From Escherichia phage vB_EcoM_MM02: 64,000 nucleotides of DNA. A program made the translations under genes and the position numbers. The stretch lies in sequence record MK373784.1; one strand, given 5' to 3'. Below the pieces are notes generated by a model that saw nothing but the letters and a program-made list of their open reading frames with translations, searched no databases and was not told the DNA's origin. Positions 57,101 to 64,000 of the stretch are shown in pieces. Positions within the stretch are counted from its first letter, which is position 1, and every line of letters starts with the position of its first letter.

Positions 57101-57206
57101 AACAACATTCTCTAGATTTAGAGATTTGGTTGAACAACGGTTAATCGATAATGTAGGAAATCCAAGAGACCCCGTGAATCCACCACAGGTTAAATTAGAT
57201 GAATGA
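54108..57206 (+). CDS. 7: Baseplate wedge protein gp7
   Basis: 1032 aa, same length as T4 gp7; overlaps the gene 6 stop. Confidence 0.9.
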   Translation: MTVKAPAVTSLRISKLSANQVQIRWDDVGANFYYFVEIAETKTADGEIIPPASYRWINLGYTPNSNWFESSLDPLTSYIIRVSTAAEGFERSDWVYTEIFESFQTNAYTFQHMIEMQLANTFIREKFTNNNMAYVDFNNDTIMAALMNESFQFSPAYADISSIKNFIIGENEYHEIQGSIQQVCHDINRVYLMESEGILYLFERYQPVVKVSNDKGQTWKSVKLFNDRVGYPVSRTVYYQTGYTTYVLGYDKLFYGRKSTDVRWSADDVRFSSQDITFAKIGDQLNLGFDVEIFGNYASLPANVSRIAEAIVCNDDYVYVAARDKVRFIKTSNAPIDSDPLSPTYSERLFEQETFNITGNPKAVCYKMDSVGGKIFALIIGEVVNLNDDPRTTPIVDSADKGVYVLDHDAGTFKRVFGNTEEERRRIEPGYTSMSTDGVELSISSSNFKFLESDIVDDPKTQIKYGLIGAVKYEYPREWLADKHYHMMAFISTEDSQWESFTPQPMEYYAEPFFSYSRKSGTRCWINNSDKAVVIYSDLLYTKVIENHPLSSSDREVHEYWKDGDCTIVMPNVDFTGFKKYASGMIFYKSSGEIISYYDFSYRVRDNVSIIWKPTNIFLTASLQNQEKDTTWTPVEENGIADPDLRPLLTTMMPESYLLDNTNFEAFCEAYIQYLSDGYGTHYNNLLNLIKNQYPREEHAWEYLWSEIYKRNIYLNAEKRDLVSRFFESRSYDFYSTKGTEASYKFLFKVLYNEDVEIEIESSSGTEYDIIIESDSLTEDLVGQTIYTATGRCNVTYIERSYSKGKLQWTVTIHNLLGRLIQGQEVKAERLPGFEGEIVRGIKGKELSQNNIDYINRGRAYYVMKIKSKLPSSRWKSDVLRFVHPVGFGFIAITLLTMFINTGLTLKHVETIINKYKNYKWDSGLPTKYADRVAKLDPQGNVEFDPITGKAIYEIGPMAGQDYPLPEDYNAENNNSIFQGQLPSERRKLMSPLFDASGTTFSRFRDLVEQRLIDNVGNPRDPVNPPQVKLDE

Positions 57207-58203
57207 TTCAAGTGTTATCTATCGTGCAATAGTTACATCAAAATTTAGAACAGAGAAAATGCTGAATTTTTATAATTCAGTTGGGGATGGAGATGATAAG
57301 AACTCCATTTATATTACGTTTGGACGTTCAGAGCCTTGGGCGTCAAATGAAAATGAGGTGGGCTTCGCCCCACCTTATCCTACAGATTCTGTTCTTGGTG
57401 TTACTGATATGTGGACCCATATGATGGGTACCGTTAAAGTTTTACCTTCAATGTTAGATTCTGTTATTCCTAGACGTGATTGGGGAGATGTGCGATATCC
57501 AGACCCTTACACGTTTAGAATTAACGATATAGTCGCATGTAATACTGCTCCGTACAACGCGACAGAAGTTGGAGCTGGTTGGTTAATTTACCGTTGTTTA
57601 GATGTCCCTGACGTAGGGCTCTGTTCAATAGAATCTTTAGATAATAAAGATGAATGTCTTAAATTGGGTGGTAAATGGACTCCGTCTGTTCGTTCTATGT
57701 CTCCTCCTGAAGGCAGAGGCGATGCTAATGGGGTTATCGAAACCGGTGATGGATATATTTGGGAATATCTTTATGAGATTCCTGCTGATGTGTCAATTAA
57801 CCGTTGCACTAACGAATATCTTGTAGTTCCATGGCCGGAAGAAATTAAAGAAGACCCCACCCGTTGGGGATATGAAAATAACTTAACTTGGCAACAAGAT
57901 GACTACGGTTTGATTTACCGTGTTAAAGCTAATACGATGCGGTTTAAAGCATATTTTGATTCTGTTTATTTCCCTGAGGCAGCTTTGCCTGGTAACAAGG
58001 GTTTTAGACAGATATCAATTATCGCAAACCCGTTAGAAGCTAAGAAAAATCCAAATGACCCTAATATTAAAGCAGAAAAGGATTATTACGACCCTAGAGA
58101 CCTGCAACGTCATTCCGGTGAAATGATTTATATGGAAAACCGACCACCTGTTATTATGGCAATGGACCAAACAGAAGAAATTAACATTTTGTTTATGTTT
58201 TAA
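57199..58203 (+). CDS. 8: Baseplate wedge protein gp8
   Basis: 334 aa, same length as T4 gp8. Confidence 0.9.
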   Translation: MNDSSVIYRAIVTSKFRTEKMLNFYNSVGDGDDKNSIYITFGRSEPWASNENEVGFAPPYPTDSVLGVTDMWTHMMGTVKVLPSMLDSVIPRRDWGDVRYPDPYTFRINDIVACNTAPYNATEVGAGWLIYRCLDVPDVGLCSIESLDNKDECLKLGGKWTPSVRSMSPPEGRGDANGVIETGDGYIWEYLYEIPADVSINRCTNEYLVVPWPEEIKEDPTRWGYENNLTWQQDDYGLIYRVKANTMRFKAYFDSVYFPEAALPGNKGFRQISIIANPLEAKKNPNDPNIKAEKDYYDPRDLQRHSGEMIYMENRPPVIMAMDQTEEINILFMF

Positions 58204-58206
58204 TTA

Positions 58207-58230
58207 GGGAGCCTTCGGGCTCCCATTTTT
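58207..58230 (+). terminator. Rho-independent terminator after gene 8
   Basis: gggagcc-ttcg-ggctccc hairpin followed by a T-run. Confidence 0.65.
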
Positions 58231-58235
58231 GTATC

Positions 58236-58243
58236 TATAAATA
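58236..58243 (+). promoter_or_regulatory. Late promoter TATAAATA for gene 9
   Basis: Exact late consensus ~33 nt upstream of the gene 9 ATG. Confidence 0.6.
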
Positions 58244-58275
58244 GAATATAATATCGGACAACAAAAGGCAGAATT

Positions 58276-59148
58276 ATGGCATTTTTTAAGCAAACTCCTA
58301 AACAATTAATCGATACCGGCGAAATTGGTAATGCCTCAACAGGTGATATCTTATTCGACGGTGGTAATAAAATAAATGACGATATCAACGCTATTTACAA
58401 TGCATTTGGCGATCAACGTAAAATGGCCGTAGCAGATGGAACCGGACCTACAGGTCAAACTATTCATGCCACAGGTTATTATCAAAAAGGAAAGGCGGTC
58501 GATTATCAAACTCCTATTAAACCAGGCACCATGCATGATATTGATGCTTCTGATGGTGGTGTGATTGTTATTATCGACCGTCCTGAATTAGGTGACTCTG
58601 TAGAATTCATAAACTCTAATGGGTCTATTTCTGTTAACAATCCTTTAAGTATCCAAGTAACCGATGGTTCGATTAAAGGTGTTCTTAATAATCTTGTTAT
58701 TTCAACCCCTTATACCCATGTTGTTCTTCGTTGTGTTGAACTTAACGGGCCAACTTCAGTATGGAATTATTCTACTGATAGCATGTTTGGGCAGAAAGAA
58801 TCTCCTGTCGATGGGACTTGGAGTCTTACAGGAAACTCAGTTTCTATTCCTCTGTTTTATCGCACAGATTATAACATGGCTAAATTGCTTGTTACATGCC
58901 AATCCGCAGACGGTAGAAAAATAAAAACATGCGAAATAAATATTCTAATAGATACAATTAACTCGGAAGTTCTTTCTACCGAATTTGCAGTAATGCGAGT
59001 TGGTAATGTAGATGAAACCGACGAGATTGCTAATATTAGCTTTAGTATTATTAACAACTTTGCTACTATGACGATTACATCCGATATTATTGGATTACGT
59101 TCGGCAGTTAAAATTATCTCAACTCAGAAAATTGGGGTCGCTCAATAA
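58276..59148 (+). CDS. 9: Baseplate protein gp9 (long-tail-fibre socket)
   Basis: 290 aa in the T4 gene 9 position. Confidence 0.85.
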   Translation: MAFFKQTPKQLIDTGEIGNASTGDILFDGGNKINDDINAIYNAFGDQRKMAVADGTGPTGQTIHATGYYQKGKAVDYQTPIKPGTMHDIDASDGGVIVIIDRPELGDSVEFINSNGSISVNNPLSIQVTDGSIKGVLNNLVISTPYTHVVLRCVELNGPTSVWNYSTDSMFGQKESPVDGTWSLTGNSVSIPLFYRTDYNMAKLLVTCQSADGRKIKTCEINILIDTINSEVLSTEFAVMRVGNVDETDEIANISFSIINNFATMTITSDIIGLRSAVKIISTQKIGVAQ

Positions 59149-60953
59149 TGAAACAAAATATTAAAATTGGTAACGTCGTTGATGACGGACAAGGCGATTA
59201 CCTTCGTCGAGGTGGTGAAAAAATAAATGAGAACTTTGACGAAATCTATTATGAATTAGGTGATGGTGAAGTTCCTTATGCCGCTGGCGCATGGAAGACT
59301 TATGATGCGGCTGATGGTCTTAATCTTAAGGCTGCTTGGGGTAAATCTTATGCAATTAATACTACTTCTGGGCGAGTTTCGGTAAATCTTCCTAAAGGGA
59401 CAATTGCAGACTATAATAAAGTTATTCGTGCTCGTGACGTATTTGCAACTTGGAACATTAACCCTGTTACTTTAATTCCGGCAAACGGAGACACGATTAA
59501 AGGTTCTTCATCTCCGGTAGAAATTAACGTTCAGTTCTCTGATTTAGAATTAGTTTATTGTGCTCCTGGACGTTGGGAATACATCAAGAACAAACAAATT
59601 GATAAAATAGTTAGCTCTGACATTAGTAATGTTGCTCGTAGAGAATATCTGGTTGAAACCCAAGGTCAGACCGATTTCATGGATGTTTTTAACGGTACCT
59701 CTTATAACGTTAACAACATTCGCGTAAAACATCGTGGCAACGAATTGTATTATGGTGATGTATTCAGTGATAATAGTGATTTTGGTTCTCCAGGCGCTAA
59801 TCCTGGTGAACTGGTTGCACTTGATGGATTTAATATTAGATTACGCCAACCATGTAATGTTGGAGACACTGTACAAATTGAGACATTCCTAGATGGTGTT
59901 TCTCAGTGGCGTAGTTCATATACTCGTCGCCAAGTTCGCATTTTAGATAGTAAATTGACTGCTAAAAAGTCTATTGACGGAAGTATTTACGTCACTGATT
60001 TGAGTACATTCAGGTCTATTCCATTTACAGCATTTGGTATTAATCCTACAGAACCACCTAACCCGAATTCATTAGAAGTTCGCTTCAATGGTATTCTCCA
60101 AGAATTAGCGGGTACTGTTGGAACTCCTATTTTCCGTTGTGAAGGTGTGGATGCTGATTCTGAAGAGTCATGCGCTAATCTCGGTGGGACATGGACTCAA
60201 TCGTATACAGATTATGCGATTGAATATACTGATAATATCCCTAGCGCAATTCTGTTTGACCGTCAATTTGAAGACCAAGACATTATTACCATCACATGGT
60301 TTAATAACGATTTAGGAACTCTTCTTGAAATGGAAGAAATTCTTGATGTCGCTGATGAGAAATATGTTTCTCAAGGGTCTAACATTGAAATTACTGGTGA
60401 CGTTGCATTAACCGATTTCGATAAAATTGGATGGCCTAATGTAGAACCTGTTCCTAAGTATGAACGTGAATTCTCGACTATCTCAGCAATATTTGATACA
60501 ATTTATCCTGTCGGGACTATTTACGAAAATGCGGTTAACCCTAATAATCCGGCCACTTATTTAGGTTTTGGTTCATGGAAAATTTGGGGACAAGGCAAAG
60601 TATTAGCAGGTTGGAATGACGACGCGTCGGATCCTAATTTTGCATTAAATAATAATGACCTTGACGTCAATGGTAACCCTACTCATACCGCAGGTGGTAC
60701 CGTTGGTGTAACAACCATCACATTAGAAAATGCTGATTTACCGGCTACACAAACCGATGAAAAGGTTCTTATTTCTGATGATAATGGTACAGTAATTATA
60801 GGCGGTTGCCAATACGACCCGGATGAAGAAGGTCCTATTTACACTAAATATCGTGAAGACCATGCAAAGACTAATGGATCTCATGTTCCAGCGCGTTCTA
60901 TAACTAATATTCAGCCATCTATAACTGTATACCGTTGGGTAAGGATTGCATAA
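59148..60953 (+). CDS. 10: Baseplate protein gp10
   Basis: 601 aa in the T4 gene 10 position. Confidence 0.9.
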   Translation: MKQNIKIGNVVDDGQGDYLRRGGEKINENFDEIYYELGDGEVPYAAGAWKTYDAADGLNLKAAWGKSYAINTTSGRVSVNLPKGTIADYNKVIRARDVFATWNINPVTLIPANGDTIKGSSSPVEINVQFSDLELVYCAPGRWEYIKNKQIDKIVSSDISNVARREYLVETQGQTDFMDVFNGTSYNVNNIRVKHRGNELYYGDVFSDNSDFGSPGANPGELVALDGFNIRLRQPCNVGDTVQIETFLDGVSQWRSSYTRRQVRILDSKLTAKKSIDGSIYVTDLSTFRSIPFTAFGINPTEPPNPNSLEVRFNGILQELAGTVGTPIFRCEGVDADSEESCANLGGTWTQSYTDYAIEYTDNIPSAILFDRQFEDQDIITITWFNNDLGTLLEMEEILDVADEKYVSQGSNIEITGDVALTDFDKIGWPNVEPVPKYEREFSTISAIFDTIYPVGTIYENAVNPNNPATYLGFGSWKIWGQGKVLAGWNDDASDPNFALNNNDLDVNGNPTHTAGGTVGVTTITLENADLPATQTDEKVLISDDNGTVIIGGCQYDPDEEGPIYTKYREDHAKTNGSHVPARSITNIQPSITVYRWVRIA

Positions 60954-61612
60954 TGACTGTACTTAATACAAAGGCGGGAGTTATTTCCCGTCATGCTGAT
61001 TTTTTGAATTACAGAAAAAATCCAGATCAAATTGATGTTTTAAACAACCAAGCTGTAGGTTCCGTGACTATTTCTCAGTTAGCTCGCGGTTTTTATGATG
61101 CTAACGTAGAATCTGCAATAAATGATGTCCATAATATGGCACGAGCTGATATTGGTACTGTTGTCACAAACACTTCAGGCGTATCGCCTGAAGGTACAGC
61201 ACAAGTTGATTATTGGACTTTTTCTGGTGATGTTCTCGACGATACTTTGGCCCCTGGAACGCCGGTCGTTATTAACGTATTTGGACTTGCTGTTAAAGCA
61301 ACAATCGGTATGACTGATAACGAATTAACGGCACAAGTTCGTATAGCTTTACAAGAAGCCATTGCTAATCAAATCGCTATTTCTTCTTATAAAGACCATC
61401 CGTCCGAAGGTAATAAACTTCAGGTGACATATTTAGATAACCAACGTCATGTGTTGCCAACATATGCTTCGTTTGGTGTAACAATTTCGCAAGAAATTTT
61501 GTCTGAAGCAAAATCCGGATACGGAACATGGAATTTATTGGGTGCCCAAACGGTTACTCTTGATAACCATGATACTCCTACCGTTTTCTACCACTTTGTG
61601 AGAGCCTCATGA
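60953..61612 (+). CDS. 11: Baseplate protein gp11
   Basis: ATG overlaps the gene 10 stop (TAATG); ...[15 protein letters not shown]... recognised as T4 gp11. Confidence 0.9.
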   Translation: MTVLNTKAGVISRHADFLNYRKNPDQIDVLNNQAVGSVTISQLARGFYDANVESAINDVHNMARADIGTVVTNTSGVSPEGTAQVDYWTFSGDVLDDTLAPGTPVVINVFGLAVKATIGMTDNELTAQVRIALQEAIANQIAISSYKDHPSEGNKLQVTYLDNQRHVLPTYASFGVTISQEILSEAKSGYGTWNLLGAQTVTLDNHDTPTVFYHFVRAS

Positions 61613-63192
61613 GTAATAACAATACATACCAACACGTTTCAAATGAATCTATTTACGTTGAATTCGACCCTACGGGGTCGAATTTTCCAGACACGGTCAC
61701 TAATGTCCAAGCCGCATTAGCTGCTATTTCTCCTTCAGGTGTTAATGGCGTACCGGAAGCAACAACTACTACACCTGGAATTATTCAAATAGCTACTCCA
61801 CAAGAAGTTATTGATGGATTAGATAATAGTAAAGCTGTTACTCCGGCAACACTGAATGCTCGACTACAATATCCTAATGCAACCGAAACTCAATATGGCT
61901 TAACTCGTTATGCTACTGAAGATGAAGCAGTAACAGGAACTATTGACGATGCATCAATTACTCCGCTTAAATTGAATCAAAAAATAGACAATGTATTTCA
62001 GACAAAAGTGTCAACAGAAGCAACAAATGGTGTAATTAAAATTTCAACTTCTGCTGCGGCATTAGCCGGTTCTGACGATACGACGGCAATGACTCCGTTA
62101 AAAACGCAACAATTAGCAATTAAACTTATTTCGCAAATTGCTCCAAATAATGGTGACGCAACCGAATCTATTACTGGTGTTGTTCGTTTGGCTACAGTTG
62201 CTCAAGCGCAACAAGGCACCCTTCGTGAAGGCTATGCAATTTCACCTTATACCTTTATGAATTCAGTAGCATCAGAAACTAATAAAGGTGTCGTTAAACT
62301 AGGGACACAGACCGAAGTAAATAGTAACAACTCTTCAGTTGTAGTGACCGGCGCAACATTAAACGGGCGTGGGGCTACAACTTCTTTACGTGGAGTTGTT
62401 CGTTTAACTACACAAGCGGGTAGCCAATCAGGTGGTGATGGTTCTTCTGCCCTTGCTTGGAATGCTGATGTTATCCACCAACGAGGCGGACAAACTATTA
62501 ATGGCACGCTTCGCATTAATAATACGTTGACGGTTGGTTCTGGTGGCGCTAATATAACGGGTAATGTCAATATGACCGGTGGTTATATTCAAGGCAATCG
62601 TATTGTGACTCAAAATGAATTGGACCGAATTCTTCCAGTTGGCGCTATTACAATGTGGGCTGCAGATAGTTTACCGAGTTCTGACTGGCGCTTCTGTCAT
62701 GGTGGGACCGTTTCTGCTTCAGAATGTCCTGTATATGCTTCCAGAATTGGGACACGATATGGTGGTAGTTCTTCTAACCCAGGCTTGCCTGATATGCGTG
62801 GATTATTTGTTCGCGGCTCAGGTCGTGGTAACCATTTAACTAACCCTAATGTTAATGGTAATGACCAATTCGGTAAGCCTCGTCTGGCGGTAGGTTGTAC
62901 CGGTGGATATGTCGGTGAAGTGCAAAAACAACAGATGTCGTATCATAAGCATGCTGGTGGTTTTGGCGAACATGACGATTCCGGTGCATTTGGTAATACT
63001 CGTCGTTCAAACTTTGTTGGTACTCGTAAAGGACTTGACTGGGATAACCGTTCATATTTTACTAACGAAGGATATGAAATTGATCCAGCGTCTCAGCGTA
63101 ACTCTAAATATACCATGAATCGCCCAGAATTAATTGGAAATGAAACTCGTCCATGGAATATTTCTTTAAACTATATCATTAAGGTAAAATAA
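61609..63192 (+). CDS. 12: Short tail fibre gp12
   Basis: 527 aa, same length as T4 gp12. Confidence 0.9.
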   Translation: MSNNNTYQHVSNESIYVEFDPTGSNFPDTVTNVQAALAAISPSGVNGVPEATTTTPGIIQIATPQEVIDGLDNSKAVTPATLNARLQYPNATETQYGLTRYATEDEAVTGTIDDASITPLKLNQKIDNVFQTKVSTEATNGVIKISTSAAALAGSDDTTAMTPLKTQQLAIKLISQIAPNNGDATESITGVVRLATVAQAQQGTLREGYAISPYTFMNSVASETNKGVVKLGTQTEVNSNNSSVVVTGATLNGRGATTSLRGVVRLTTQAGSQSGGDGSSALAWNADVIHQRGGQTINGTLRINNTLTVGSGGANITGNVNMTGGYIQGNRIVTQNELDRILPVGAITMWAADSLPSSDWRFCHGGTVSASECPVYASRIGTRYGGSSSNPGLPDMRGLFVRGSGRGNHLTNPNVNGNDQFGKPRLAVGCTGGYVGEVQKQQMSYHKHAGGFGEHDDSGAFGNTRRSNFVGTRKGLDWDNRSYFTNEGYEIDPASQRNSKYTMNRPELIGNETRPWNISLNYIIKVK

Positions 63193-64000
63193 TGGCTGAT
63201 ATAACTCTGGTAGATTTACCATATGTTGACGGCCCGCCAGACGCGGGTCAGAGTCGTATTGAATGGATTAAAAACGATGAAGAAATAACAGGTGCTGACA
63301 CAAAATACGGTTCTGAAGGTGTAATGAACCGTCCTATTGTTGAAGTTCAACGTAACGTAGAAGCGTTAGATGTTAATATTAAAACTATAGCATCTTCTTT
63401 GAATACGGCCAATGAAGATATCAAAGTTATTCAAGGTATTTTAGATGTTTCTGGGGATGTTGATGCTCTTGCACAGATAGGCCAGAACACCCAAGATATT
63501 GATGTCATTAAAGTCACAGTTCAAACCCATGCTAGTGAATTGAATGATTTGAATGAACATATTGATGCGAATACTGATGATATTGGTGTTTATAATCAGG
63601 AAACAGATTCAGTTTATAGAACGGTTCGTAACGACCTGCTTTGGATTAAAAATGAATTAGGACAATATACTGGTCAAGATATTAATGGGGTTCCTACTCC
63701 AGGAAATGATAGCACTGGTATGAAACGCCGTATTATGACTAATAGCTCCGTAATTGTTGACCACGGTGTTCGATTAACTGATCTAGAAACTAAATTTGCT
63801 GATTCTGACGTCGGCTCTTTAACTATTGAAGTTGAACACTTGCGCGAAGAAATGGGACCTCGCACTTCTTTCACTACTCCGGTGTTTAGTCGTCTTTCCA
63901 GTATTGATTTAACTTTGTCGCGTCAAAATGCTGACTTGGACGGCATTAAACAGTCTATTGGGTATCCTAATACGACTTCTATTATTACTACCACTAATGC
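63192..64000 (+). CDS. wac: Fibritin (whisker) Wac, N-terminal part (runs off window end)
   Basis: ATG at 63192 overlaps the gene 12 stop; [27 protein letters not shown]... recognised as T4 fibritin. Confidence 0.9.
   Translation, partial: MADITLVDLPYVDGPPDAGQSRIEWIKNDEEITGADTKYGSEGVMNRPIVEVQRNVEALDVNIKTIASSLNTANEDIKVIQGILDVSGDVDALAQIGQNTQDIDVIKVTVQTHASELNDLNEHIDANTDDIGVYNQETDSVYRTVRNDLLWIKNELGQYTGQDINGVPTPGNDSTGMKRRIMTNSSVIVDHGVRLTDLETKFADSDVGSLTIEVEHLREEMGPRTSFTTPVFSRLSSIDLTLSRQNADLDGIKQSIGYPNTTSIITTTN

Overview
This window is a 64-kb segment of a T4-like (T-even type, Straboviridae/Tevenvirinae) phage genome, collinear with the T4 map from gene 43 to wac. Positions 1-48.9 kb are a dense minus-strand array of early/middle genes: 43 (N-terminal part), regA, 62, 44, 45, rpbA, 46, 47, 55, an nrdH-like gene, nrdG, nrdD, 49, nrdC, rI, tk, regB, denV, lysozyme e, nudE, two tRNAs, 57B (Acb1-like), 57A, 1, 3, 2 and 4, interleaved with about 70 small accessory ORFs. 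Positions 49-64 kb carry plus-strand late baseplate and tail-fibre genes 53, 5, 5.1, 5.4, 6-12 and the start of wac. Non-core content includes a free-standing GIY-YIG homing endonuclease, a TARG1/DarG-like macrodomain, a Pol-beta-type nucleotidyltransferase with a membrane partner, a P-loop ATPase, a GrcA-like glycyl-radical protein, five proteins with the T4 internal-protein capsid-targeting N-terminus, and two small families with conserved C-terminal motifs. More than 20 promoter/stem-loop cassettes recur in the intergenic gaps. No rRNA, CRISPR array, integrase or transposase was seen. Gene names come from my recollection of T4 proteins plus motifs and synteny; no database search was run. 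Starts refined by hand may be off by a few nucleotides.
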